Positions 1 through 8,615 of a stretch of 21,638 bases of DNA are shown in pieces. The notes beneath the pieces are model-generated. The model was not told the origin of the DNA and did not search any database. It worked only from the letters and a program-made list of their open reading frames with translations. A program made the position numbers and the translations under genes. This DNA comes from Myxococcota bacterium (lineage in GTDB: Bacteria; Myxococcota_A; UBA9160; UBA4427): contig JAYZFK010000079.1 in NCBI GenBank assembly GCA_036336835.1, positions 1-21,638 on the forward strand. Reading direction: 5' to 3'. The first letter of the stretch is position 1. The number at the start of each line of letters is the position of its first letter.

Positions 1-36
1 GGGGGTCCCCACCCCCCCTCCTAGTATCCCGGGCGG

Positions 37-294
37 GTGGGGCCGCGCGGGCGGCCCCCCCACCCCGGGGCCGCGTCCGGGCCCGAGCAGACCGAGGCCC
101 TCGAGCGGGAGCTGGGCGGTCTGGCGGCGGGGGAGCGGGTCTGGCTGGTGGCGCTCGAGCATCCGATGTGGACCACGGGGGCCGAGCGGCGTGCGATCGC
201 GGCGCGGCTGCGCAGCCGCGCGCGCGAGGTCGGCCGACTCGAGGCTCACGGCGCAAGTGCGGTCGAGTACGTCGTGCGGGCCGACGCCGAGTAG
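37..294 (+). CDS. Partial CDS (C-terminal end), probably the soluble tail of a membrane glycosyltransferase-like protein; 5' part missing or unreliable
   Basis: Codon-like frame ending at TAG 292-294 with 'ERVWLVALEH...GASAVEYVVR', a tail type often seen in GT39-like membrane proteins. Bases 1-80 are low-complexity G/C runs with an in-frame TAG at 22-24, so the true start is not visible. Confidence 0.45.
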   Translation: MGPRGRPPHPGAASGPEQTEALERELGGLAAGERVWLVALEHPMWTTGAERRAIAARLRSRAREVGRLEAHGASAVEYVVRADAE

Positions 295-297
295 CCG

Positions 298-2286
298 TCA
301 GCGCGCGACGACGCGACCGAGCTCGTCTTCTGTCACCCGGTACACCAGGATCGAATGGCCGATCTGCCAGTCGGGCTCGCGCTCGCGCAGCACCTGGCAC
401 AGCCGCGACAGCCGCAGTGCGCGGTAGTCGAGCCAGGCCTTTCGGGTTGCGCGGTCGCCGAGCGCGGCGCGCAGCGCGGCCGCCGGGTCCTGCGCCCGCT
501 CGAGAGGCTGGAAGCGAGCCCCGAGCCTGGCGTAGTCGGCGTGCTGGGCGGGCGTCCACTCGCGCGGCACGCGGGCCCAGGGCTGCTGCAGCATCGTTGC
601 GCTGATCGCGTACAGGCCCGGCTCGAGCGTCCAGTCGAGGTCCGCGCGGGCCTCGCGGTGCTGGATCGTCGCCCAGTCGAAGAATCCGGGAAGCAGCCGC
701 ACGTCGAGGTCGTGGAACATCGGATCCGCAGAGCCGAAGTACGAGAGGTAGACCGGCTCGTGCCCGGGTCGCTCGCTCAGGTCGCGTTGCAGGCTGTCGA
801 GGTCCTGGCCCCAGTCGAGCGAGCTGTCGACCAGGACGCGATAGCCGTTCTCGGGACCGACCAGGAGGTTGAAGTAGGCGAGGTAGTGCGGCCAGATCGA
901 TGCCGAAGCGGCCGCGAACCCGACTCCGAGTGCCACCGCGGTTGTGCGGGCCGCCCCGCCCAGCCAGGCGGACGCCGCGCCGCCCGCCAGTACGAAGAGC
1001 GCCGGATACAGCGGCAGCACGTGGCGCAGTCCCAGGTTGATCTCGCTCGTCATCGCCAGCAGACCGTGGACCGCGAGCAGCACGACGAGCGGCGCGCCGA
1101 CAGCGGCGAGTCGTCGACGTTCGCCGGGAGGCGCTCGCCGCGCGGCGAGCCCGGCGAGCGCGATCAGCCCGAACAGGGCAAGTGGAGTCTTCACGGCCAG
1201 TGCGTACGGAAAGAAGCGCCAGTCGCCCCCGATTCCTGTCTTGCCGCGGAAGAAGCTGCTGCGCTCTTCGGAGTGGCGGAGCACGAAGGCGGCACTGAAC
1301 AGGAAGCCTTCCGGCAGGGCGTGCAGCGAGCGCAGCGCGTCGATCGCATCGAGTCCGGGGCCGTCGCGTTCGTGGACCCAGACCCACTGCTGCGCGACCG
1401 CTTCGCGGCCCGGCATGCCCTCCGGCACGATGTCGTAGCGGAAGCCGTAGACAGCCCAGATCAGCGTCACCGCCGCGGCCCCCTGCAGCGCCAGCAGCAT
1501 CAGCAGCGCGACAGCGCGCTGGCCCGGCATGGCGAGCCGTCGGCCGCGCCGCCACGGCAGCGGCACCGGCCACAGCGCGCGCAGCGCGAGCAGGATCGCG
1601 ATCATCCCGATCGCGCCAATTGCCGAGAGCTTGGTCAGCGCCAGGGCGCCGAGCGCCGCGCCCGCGGCCAGCGCGATCGCCAGCGAGGGACGCCAGAAGC
1701 TGCGCCAGACCAGGCCGAGCGATGCGACGAGCAGGACTGCAAACATCAGGTCGGAGGTCGCCAGACGCGCGTGTGCGAGCACGTTTGGCGAGAGCGCGCA
1801 GAGCGCGCACGCCAGCACCCCGGCCCCGCTCCCCCAGAGGCGCCGCGCCCAGGCGTAGACGAGGCCGCAGAGCGCTGCGCCGAGCAGGGCCGCCATCGCG
1901 CGGCTGCGCAGCAGGATCTCGGCCGGATCATTGCCGACCTCGTAGAAGAAGACGTGTGCGAGGAAGTGAGTGAGCTCGTGGAAGTCGTCCACTTCCTGGC
2001 TCGCGATCACGCGGTCTGGATCGGGAAAGGTGAAGCGCTCGCCGTCGAGGACCAGTGGCAGCGCAAACCACAGCTGCGGCAGAGGGCCGTTGCCGGCGTG
2101 GAGCCGCTGGTCGCCGGTCAGCCAGTTCGCGTAGCCGGCGGTCAGCTGGAGGCCTTCGTCGAAGGTCGACGATTCGAGCCGCGCGCTCGACATCGCCAGC
2201 GCGATGTGGACGACGGCCAGCGCGGCCGCCGTCGGCCAGCCGAGCCAACGGTGCCAGCCCTGGGTCCTGAGATCGGGTTCGGGCAT
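298..2286 (-). CDS. GT-C fold glycosyltransferase, ArnT/PMT_2 (GT39/GT83-like) type, ~662 aa
   Basis: Start re-assigned to ATG 2286 (MPEPDLRTQGW...). First TM helix is followed by 'STFDEG'; 'SPNVLAHARLATSD', 'LTKLSA' and 'NLGLRHVLPLYP' are present; there are many TM helices and a C-terminal soluble domain with 'YFN...DSSLDWGQDL'. Confidence 0.85.
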   Translation of the reverse strand: MPEPDLRTQGWHRWLGWPTAAALAVVHIALAMSSARLESSTFDEGLQLTAGYANWLTGDQRLHAGNGPLPQLWFALPLVLDGERFTFPDPDRVIASQEVDDFHELTHFLAHVFFYEVGNDPAEILLRSRAMAALLGAALCGLVYAWARRLWGSGAGVLACALCALSPNVLAHARLATSDLMFAVLLVASLGLVWRSFWRPSLAIALAAGAALGALALTKLSAIGAIGMIAILLALRALWPVPLPWRRGRRLAMPGQRAVALLMLLALQGAAAVTLIWAVYGFRYDIVPEGMPGREAVAQQWVWVHERDGPGLDAIDALRSLHALPEGFLFSAAFVLRHSEERSSFFRGKTGIGGDWRFFPYALAVKTPLALFGLIALAGLAARRAPPGERRRLAAVGAPLVVLLAVHGLLAMTSEINLGLRHVLPLYPALFVLAGGAASAWLGGAARTTAVALGVGFAAASASIWPHYLAYFNLLVGPENGYRVLVDSSLDWGQDLDSLQRDLSERPGHEPVYLSYFGSADPMFHDLDVRLLPGFFDWATIQHREARADLDWTLEPGLYAISATMLQQPWARVPREWTPAQHADYARLGARFQPLERAQDPAAALRAALGDRATRKAWLDYRALRLSRLCQVLREREPDWQIGHSILVYRVTEDELGRVVAR

Positions 2287-2349
2287 GCCGAGAGCGCAGG
2301 GTGCCGCGAAACCGTGAGCCTCGCCCGCGCCGGCCGGCCGGCCGGGCTC

Positions 2350-2371
2350 CGCCACGGCTGCGCCACGGCTG
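2350..2371. repeat. 11-bp direct tandem repeat CGCCACGGCTG x2 in the divergent intergenic region
   Basis: Read directly: cgccacggctg cgccacggctg. Confidence 0.7.
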
Positions 2372-2385
2372 CGCGCCGCGCTGGC

Positions 2386-2391
2386 TACACT
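2386..2391 (+). promoter_or_regulatory. Candidate -10 element TACACT for a leaderless or very short-leader transcript
   Basis: TAnnnT hexamer 9 nt before GTG 2401, with no Shine-Dalgarno sequence, in a very GC-rich background. Confidence 0.45.
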
Positions 2392-2400
2392 GCAGACGGC

Positions 2401-3528
2401 GTGGCCGCACCCGAGACGACGACGCGCGGCGGCTCCTCTGGAGCCGTGTGGCTCGTGGCGCTGCCCTTCGCGGCCTACGTGATCGGCCTCGTCGCGCTCT
2501 CGGCCAGCGTGCCGTATCGGCCCGCGCTCGACGATCCCGAGCTGCTCGCGCTGGCCCGCCACGTCGCCGAGCACGGCTCGCTCGATCCCGGGGGACTCTT
2601 CCGCCGCGTCCCGCTCTGGCAGCTGCTGCTCGGCGCGGGCGTTGCGGGCGTCGGCGAGCGAGTCGCGGTCGTCGGGCTCCAGGCCGCGAGCGTGCTCGGC
2701 ATCCTGGGGGCGCGCGCCGCGCGGGCGCGCGCGGGCGTGGCCTCGCCGGCGGCGACGCTCGCCGTTGGGCTGGCCTTCGCTCTGAGCCCGCAGGCGTTGC
2801 TCTACTCCCGTCACGCTGCCAACGAGCTGTTCATCGGGGCGCTCGCCCTCGCGGCCCTGCTGCTCGCCGAGCGACCGGGCGTGCGCCGCGCCGCGGCGGC
2901 TGGAGCCGTGGTGGCCGCGGCTGCCATGACCAAGGTGGTCGCCGGGGTTCTGCTGCTTCCCGCCGCCTGGTACGTGTTCCGCGAGCGCATCGGGGTGCGG
3001 CCGCGGCTCGTTGGCTTGCTCGCGGGCTTCGCCGCGCTGGCGCTGCCGCTGGGGCTGTTGGCGGTTGCGCAGCGGGGCTGGCCGCTCGACGACACCTCGA
3101 GCTTCAACCTGGGTAGCCTCGATCAGAGTGCCTGGCTGGCGGCGGGCAGCTTGGCCGAGCGCAATCGACTCGCACTCGAGAGCTTCCAGGCGAGCTGGGA
3201 TGCCGGCCCGCTCGCCTACCTGGCTGCGGCCGCGGGCCGCGCCGTCAGCTGGCTCGCGCGACCCAGCAGTCTCGATCTGTTGAGCTGGATTCCCGAGTAT
3301 CCGGCGCTGCTGGTCGAGGTCGGCGATCAGGTCGTGTTCTTCGGTGTGCTGGTGCTCGCGGTGCTCGGCACCACTCGCGCGACGCTCCCCATGTGGGTAC
3401 TGCCCCTGGCGCTCTGGGCGGCGTGCTCGCTGCCCCTGAAGACGCCGTACTCGCCCAGGGTGACGGCGCTGGTCTCGCTGCTGCTGCTCGCGCCGGTGGG
3501 GATCGACGCCTTGCGGGGCCGCCGCTGA
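2401..3528 (+). CDS. Small GT-C-like polytopic membrane protein, ~375 aa
   Basis: This is the real part of the 355..3528 ORF, starting at GTG 2401. TM1 is followed by 'ALDDPELLALAR', then 'RVPLW', 'SP...YSRHAANE' and 'MTK', with Ala/Leu-rich TM segments. Its stop overlaps the next ATG (TGATG). Confidence 0.65.
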   Translation: MAAPETTTRGGSSGAVWLVALPFAAYVIGLVALSASVPYRPALDDPELLALARHVAEHGSLDPGGLFRRVPLWQLLLGAGVAGVGERVAVVGLQAASVLGILGARAARARAGVASPAATLAVGLAFALSPQALLYSRHAANELFIGALALAALLLAERPGVRRAAAAGAVVAAAAMTKVVAGVLLLPAAWYVFRERIGVRPRLVGLLAGFAALALPLGLLAVAQRGWPLDDTSSFNLGSLDQSAWLAAGSLAERNRLALESFQASWDAGPLAYLAAAAGRAVSWLARPSSLDLLSWIPEYPALLVEVGDQVVFFGVLVLAVLGTTRATLPMWVLPLALWAACSLPLKTPYSPRVTALVSLLLLAPVGIDALRGRR

Positions 3529-4862
3529 TGCGCGCCGCGCTGCTGGCGTTGGGGCTGCTGGCGGGCTGCGGCGCCGCCGGGTCGGGGGCGCCCGATGTGG
3601 TCGTCGTCGTGCTCGACACCCTGCGGATCGATCGCACCACGGTGTTCGATCCGGCTCGCGACACCACGCCCTTCCTGGCCGAGCTCGCGGAGCGATCGGT
3701 GGTGTTCGACGACGCGTGGTCGACGTCGTCGTGGACGGCGCCCGCCGTTGCTTCGCTGTTCACCGGCCTGTATCCGAGCCAGCACGGGGTCGATGTCGGG
3801 ATCTGGCTGCTCCGGCAGCTGCACGCGTCGCGTCCGCAGCTGCGGCTCAAGCAGATTCCACCGGAGCTCGAGACGCTGCCGGAGCTTCTGCGCGCCCGTG
3901 GCTACGTCACCTTCGGGATCGCCGACAATCCCAACGTGTCGCAGGCAGAGGGCTTCTCGCGCGGCTTCGACCGCTTTGCGAGCGCCGACTATCGCGGGGG
4001 CGCCGAGGTCAACGCGCTGCTCGCCGAGTGGGCACCGAGCATCCGCGCCGCCGAGCCCGCCTTCGTCTACCTGCACTACATGGATGCGCACTGGCCGTAC
4101 CAAGCACATCCCGAGCACTGGCGTCCGCCGGACGACGCGAGCGAGCGTGCACAGGAGATCGCGCGCTACGACGCCGAGCTCCGTTTCCTGGACGCGCTGC
4201 TGCGCGAGGCCTTCGAGCAGCTCGCGCTGGCCGACGATGCGATCATCGTGGTTGCTTCCGACCACGGGGAGGAGCTCTACGAACGAGGCGCGGCGATGGA
4301 GCACCGACAGCACGGCTTTCAGCTGTACGACGAGCTGGCGCGGGTGCTGTTGATGATCCGCGATCCTCGCGGCGCGCCGGGGGGTGCGCGCAGCGATCGT
4401 CCCGCGAGCCTGGTCGACGTGCTTCCGACACTGCGCCAGCTGGTCGGGGCCCCTGCAGACCCCCGGGCCGCCGGCCGGAGTCTGGTGGCGGCCTGGAAGC
4501 CCGACGGAGAGCCGGGCGCTGCGCGCGCCCTGTTCGCGATGCGCCGAGAGGTCGCCGGTCGCGATCGGCGGATGCGCGCGGTGATTCGGGACGGCTGGAA
4601 GTACATTCGCACGGAGCCCGCAGCCGAGGGCGGCGGCGAGGTCCGCCAAGAGCTCTACGACCTGCGCAGCGATCGCCGCGAGCGCCAGGACCGATGCGCA
4701 AGCGAGCCCGCGCGCTGCGCTGCGCTGCACCAGCAGTGGCTGGCGTTCGACCGCGCGGCGCCGCGCTGGCAGCCCGAGCCGGCGACGCTCGAGGTGTCGC
4801 CCGCGCAGGCCGAGCGGCTGCGCGCGCTCGGCTACGCCGACGACGCCGCGGACGCACCGTGA
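3528..4862 (+). CDS. Sulfatase-like (alkaline phosphatase superfamily) lipoprotein with Thr-type active-site motif, ~444 aa
   Basis: ATG 3528 is coupled to the upstream stop; lipobox 'LLAGC'; motifs 'VVLDTLRID', 'SSWTAPAVASLFTGLYPSQHG', 'YLHYMDAHWPY', 'ASDHGEE', 'SLVDVLPT', 'ELYDL..D..E' and tail 'ERLRALGY'. Confidence 0.9.
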   Translation: MRAALLALGLLAGCGAAGSGAPDVVVVVLDTLRIDRTTVFDPARDTTPFLAELAERSVVFDDAWSTSSWTAPAVASLFTGLYPSQHGVDVGIWLLRQLHASRPQLRLKQIPPELETLPELLRARGYVTFGIADNPNVSQAEGFSRGFDRFASADYRGGAEVNALLAEWAPSIRAAEPAFVYLHYMDAHWPYQAHPEHWRPPDDASERAQEIARYDAELRFLDALLREAFEQLALADDAIIVVASDHGEELYERGAAMEHRQHGFQLYDELARVLLMIRDPRGAPGGARSDRPASLVDVLPTLRQLVGAPADPRAAGRSLVAAWKPDGEPGAARALFAMRREVAGRDRRMRAVIRDGWKYIRTEPAAEGGGEVRQELYDLRSDRRERQDRCASEPARCAALHQQWLAFDRAAPRWQPEPATLEVSPAQAERLRALGYADDAADAP

Positions 4863-6988
4863 GCGAGATCCCGGCAGCTCGCTCCGACCGGACCGCGCGG
4901 GTGGCAATCTGGGCCGTCGGAATCTCCCTGCTGCTGGTCGCGACGCACCAGCTGGTGGCCCTGGATCTGTGGTGGCAGCTCGCCGCAGGGGCCTGGATCG
5001 CCGAGCACGGGCTGCCGACCGCCGACCCGTTCAGCTTCGGCTACCCCGATCGGCCCTGGATCGAGCAGCGCTGGCTGTTCTTCCTGGCCGAGCACGCAAT
5101 CGCCCGCGGCTTCGGTCTCAATGGCCTGATCGTCGCGAAGCTCGTGTGGCTCGCGGGCTGCTTCACGCTGCTCGAGCGCGCCATGCGGCCGGCGCCGCGC
5201 TGGGCGCGGGCACTCGGCCTGTTGGTCGCGGTGGCGCTGCTGCACTCGCGGCTCAAGGTGCGCCCCGAGATCGTCAGCTACCTCGGTGTGATCGGCTTCC
5301 TGCTCGTCTACGAGCATCACCGGCGCGGCGGTCGCGATCGCTGGCTGATTGCACTGCCCGCCCTCCAGCTCGTCTGGAGCAATGGTCACACCCTGTGGAT
5401 CATCGGGCCGGCGCTCGCCTGGACAGCCTGGACGCTCGAGGCGGGGCTCGCGCGGCTGCCGCGTGTGGTCGCGGCCATCCGCGTACAGCCGCCGCTCGCG
5501 CGCGAGCGGCGGCGGGCGCTCGCGTGGGCGGCGGTCGCCGTCAGTCTGGCGAGTCTGCTCACGCCCTACCCATTCCTGGGGCAGCTCTTCCCGACGACGA
5601 TCCTCGAGCAGATCGGCGTCGGCTCCACACTGCGAGACGTGATCGTCGAGCTGCGCAGCCCGTTGTCGCTGCTCGGGGACCCCATCTTTTTCGGCACGTA
5701 CGCGGCCGCGCTCGCGCTGTCGTTCGCCTGCCTGCTGCTGCCCGTGCGAGTGCCGGCGCTGCGGATCGTGGTCTGGGCGGCCTTCGTCGGGTTCACGTTC
5801 CTGGCTGCGCGCAACGTCGCGTTGCTCGGTCCCGTTGCGGGCTGGGTGATCGCGCAGCAGCTGGGTGACTGGTCGCGCACCCCGAGCGGCCAGCGACGGC
5901 ACGGCCTCGCCCGGGTCGCGACGGCCCTCGCGCTGCTCGGTGCGTTCGCCCTGTCCGCGGCCTCGCTGACCGACCAGCTGTGGCGGGGGCGCGGCTGGAG
6001 CCAGCGCTTCGGCACCGGGGTGCGCGAGGCGTTGTTCCCGATCGAGGCGATGGCGTTCGTCGAGCAGCACGGACTGCCCCGGCCGGTGCTGTCGAGCTTC
6101 GCCGAAGGCAGCTACCTGATCTACGAGGGCGGCGAGCGGAGCGTCTTCATCGACGGCCGGCTCGAGGTCTACGGCGCCGACACCATTGCCGAGAACGCGC
6201 AGCGTTGGTCGGAGGCGGCGGGAGTGATCGCCGATGCCGACCGCCACGGGGTCGATTCGGTGCTGTTGCCCTACCCGGTGATGCAGTCCGCGATCGGCGG
6301 GTTCGAGGAGAGTCCGGAGTGGGCGCCGGTCTACTACGACTCGGCTCGCGTGCTGTACCTGCGCCGCACGGCTGCGACGAGCGGACTGCTCGCCGAGATC
6401 GGGCTCGACTGGGATGCCGAGGTGCGTCCGCGCGCGCGCGTCCCCGCGGCGCTGTCGCCGCCCGACTGGGCAGAGGGCTGGGCGCCGCGTGTCGTCGACG
6501 GCTCCGAGCCATTCGATCGGGCGATGCTGTTGCTGCATGTCGGCGCGGTGGGCGCCGGCCAACGCGCCCTCCGCGAGACGGTGCAGCTCGATCCGGAGCA
6601 TCCCGAGGCGCGGCTGAACCTGGGCCTGCTGGCCGAGCTCGCGGGAGACGAGGATGCCGCGCGCAAACACTTCTCGCGGGTGGTCGTCGCGCGGCGCGAG
6701 GCGCTCGACGTCCACGAGGCGCGCGTCGTGCTGACCGCGTCGCAGGGCAACGAGGCGCAACGCCTCGAGGCGGCGCTCCGGGCGCTGGCTGCCGGGAGCC
6801 GGGCGCGTCCGGTGCTCGCGACGCTCGTACAGCTAGCTGTCGATCCGGCGAGCGCCGCACGGGTGCGCAGCGCGCTCCGATCGGAGCTCGAGCACGGCGA
6901 CGGGCACGGCGAGCAAGACCTGCGCGCGGCGCTGCGGGCGATCGCAGAGCGGACGCGCCGGGAGGCCGGAGCCGAATCAGCTCAATGA
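4859..6988 (+). CDS. Polytopic membrane protein, putative GT-C fold, with a C-terminal soluble domain and TPR-like repeats, ~709 aa
   Basis: GTG 4859 overlaps the sulfatase stop (GTGA). Motifs 'DLWWQLAAGAWI...P..DPFSF', 'RPE', 'WSNGH', 'ARN' and 'GSYLIY...VFIDGRLEVYG'; TPR-like 'TVQLDPEHPEARLNLGLL'. Confidence 0.75.
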   Translation: MSEIPAARSDRTARVAIWAVGISLLLVATHQLVALDLWWQLAAGAWIAEHGLPTADPFSFGYPDRPWIEQRWLFFLAEHAIARGFGLNGLIVAKLVWLAGCFTLLERAMRPAPRWARALGLLVAVALLHSRLKVRPEIVSYLGVIGFLLVYEHHRRGGRDRWLIALPALQLVWSNGHTLWIIGPALAWTAWTLEAGLARLPRVVAAIRVQPPLARERRRALAWAAVAVSLASLLTPYPFLGQLFPTTILEQIGVGSTLRDVIVELRSPLSLLGDPIFFGTYAAALALSFACLLLPVRVPALRIVVWAAFVGFTFLAARNVALLGPVAGWVIAQQLGDWSRTPSGQRRHGLARVATALALLGAFALSAASLTDQLWRGRGWSQRFGTGVREALFPIEAMAFVEQHGLPRPVLSSFAEGSYLIYEGGERSVFIDGRLEVYGADTIAENAQRWSEAAGVIADADRHGVDSVLLPYPVMQSAIGGFEESPEWAPVYYDSARVLYLRRTAATSGLLAEIGLDWDAEVRPRARVPAALSPPDWAEGWAPRVVDGSEPFDRAMLLLHVGAVGAGQRALRETVQLDPEHPEARLNLGLLAELAGDEDAARKHFSRVVVARREALDVHEARVVLTASQGNEAQRLEAALRALAAGSRARPVLATLVQLAVDPASAARVRSALRSELEHGDGHGEQDLRAALRAIAERTRREAGAESAQ

Positions 6989-8613
6989 TTCCGCTTCGTC
7001 CCCGGCGTGGCTTGCGGCGGGTCGGGCGAGCCCTTCGCCGGACCGAACAGGGCGTCGAGCGGGAGCACCTGCAGGCTCGGGTCGAGCAGCTTGTCGACGG
7101 CGTCACGCCGGACGAACAGGTTGGCCGTCGGTCCCCCCCGCAGGACCAGGTAGTCGCTTCGAAAGCGCGGATGGTCGCGGAGGTTGCGCGATTCGAAGTC
7201 GATCAGATCGGGTTGCTGGATCTCGAGGACGTAGTCCCAGTCCCACTTCGAGTGGCCCGGAACGAACTGTTCAGCCCGTGTGTGAGCGATGTGGCGATCC
7301 GAGCGCCCGAGGATGTCCAGTGACGTCCGGTCGGCGAAGTAGGGGCCGACGCCTCCCCAGTGAACCGCGATCGACGTATCGGAGCGCGTCGTGCGTTCCA
7401 GGAATCGCGAACGCATGAAATTCATCTGATTCTCGCGGTGGAACAGCGTTGGCGTCTTGGGCTGGAACCACTCGCGGGCTGGATGGAGGGGATTGGCGGC
7501 TGCGCCGGGCGCGGCGGCCAACAGCAGTGCGAGCCCCGCGGCGGCGCGGCCGCCCAGGCTCGCGGCGATCCGCGCGGCGCCGATCGCGGCGAGCGACAAG
7601 GCGCTCGGCAGTATCTGAACCAAGTGGCGGCTGCCGTATTCTCGGATCCAGTCGCCGCCGACCCACACGTGGTAGGCGGTGGCGGCAGCCACGCTGCCGG
7701 CCAGCAGCAGCAGCAGTGGGCGTGTGGGCGGACCGGCGTCCGGCTGTACGGAGGGCCGCGCGAGAAGCGCCAGGCCGCCGAGCGCCACGGCGGGCAGCAG
7801 CCCCGGGGCAACCAGGCCGAGCTGGTTGAAGCCGCTCGCCCACATTGCGAGTCGCGGCGTTCCGCTGGCCTTCAGGTAGTAGGTGTTGGGCAGCGGGTCT
7901 CCGTAGTACGCGAGGCTGAATGCGATCAGCCCGGCCCACACTGCGACGAAGCCGGCCACGGGCAGGGCGACGACGGTCCGGCCGCGCGCATCGGGGAAGA
8001 GCAGGACGACAGCGAGCGCCGTCACCACGAACAAGCTGGCATCGGGGCGCACCACGACTGCGACCAGTAGCGGCACGAAGGCGCTGATCGGCCAGCGTCG
8101 TTTGCGCAGCCAGCCGCGGATCAGCTGTGCGTGGCTGGCGGCAAGCAGCAAGGCGACGAAGCTCGTGTCCGACCCTTGCAATGCGTAGATCTGGTGCGGC
8201 GCGCACAACAGCAGCGCGAGCGCGGCCCCCACTCCCGCCCAGGCATTGCGCGACACGTCCTGCACGTTGCGCGCGCAGAGCCCCGCCGTCCCGACGAGGG
8301 CACCCAGTGCCAGCAGTTGGACGCCGAGCGCGGCGAATACGCGCGGCAGGCCGAGCGCGTGCAGTGCGGCCATCACCAGCGTCACGCCCAGGTTCGAGAA
8401 ACCCTGCACGGGTGTCTCGCCGGGGTTCCACACCAGCCCGTGACCGAGTGCGAGGTTGCGTGCGTAGCGCATCGAGATCATCGCGTCGTCCCAGAGGACG
8501 AAGACCCGCGCGTCGCCGTCGAAGATCGCGGTGCGCGAGACGTAGTGGGCGCCGATCAGCAGCTGGGCGCCCAGGACTACTGCCAGGGTCAGCGCGGCGG
8601 GGCGTGAGGACAT
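6982..8613 (-). CDS. Putative GT-C glycosyltransferase of the 'DDAxISxRYAxN' family, ~543 aa
   Basis: Start ATG 8613 (or GTG 8619 overlapping the upstream stop). Motifs 'WDDAMISMRYARNLALGHGLVWNPGETPVQGFSN', 'RPD', 'YYGDPLPNTYYLK', 'GGDW', 'DILGRSDRHIA' and 'PGHSK'. Confidence 0.8.
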   Translation of the reverse strand: MSSRPAALTLAVVLGAQLLIGAHYVSRTAIFDGDARVFVLWDDAMISMRYARNLALGHGLVWNPGETPVQGFSNLGVTLVMAALHALGLPRVFAALGVQLLALGALVGTAGLCARNVQDVSRNAWAGVGAALALLLCAPHQIYALQGSDTSFVALLLAASHAQLIRGWLRKRRWPISAFVPLLVAVVVRPDASLFVVTALAVVLLFPDARGRTVVALPVAGFVAVWAGLIAFSLAYYGDPLPNTYYLKASGTPRLAMWASGFNQLGLVAPGLLPAVALGGLALLARPSVQPDAGPPTRPLLLLLAGSVAAATAYHVWVGGDWIREYGSRHLVQILPSALSLAAIGAARIAASLGGRAAAGLALLLAAAPGAAANPLHPAREWFQPKTPTLFHRENQMNFMRSRFLERTTRSDTSIAVHWGGVGPYFADRTSLDILGRSDRHIAHTRAEQFVPGHSKWDWDYVLEIQQPDLIDFESRNLRDHPRFRSDYLVLRGGPTANLFVRRDAVDKLLDPSLQVLPLDALFGPAKGSPDPPQATPGTKRNH

Positions 8614-8615
8614 CC

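Noticed and set aside
1..80. In-frame TAG at 22-24 and G/C runs as pseudogenisation or a G-quadruplex element
   Set aside because: Low-complexity sequence at the window edge is more likely poor-quality contig end; this cannot be resolved without reads.
355..2400. N-terminal two-thirds of the 1057-aa ORF and the 2287-2814 extension of the 838-aa ORF (apparent long overlapping genes)
   Set aside because: Each is the antisense shadow of the real gene on the other strand; stop-poor frames are expected at this GC content.
3716..4858. N-terminal extension of the 1090-aa ORF
   Set aside because: Arg-rich off-frame read-through of the sulfatase-like gene; the real start is GTG 4859, coupled to its stop.
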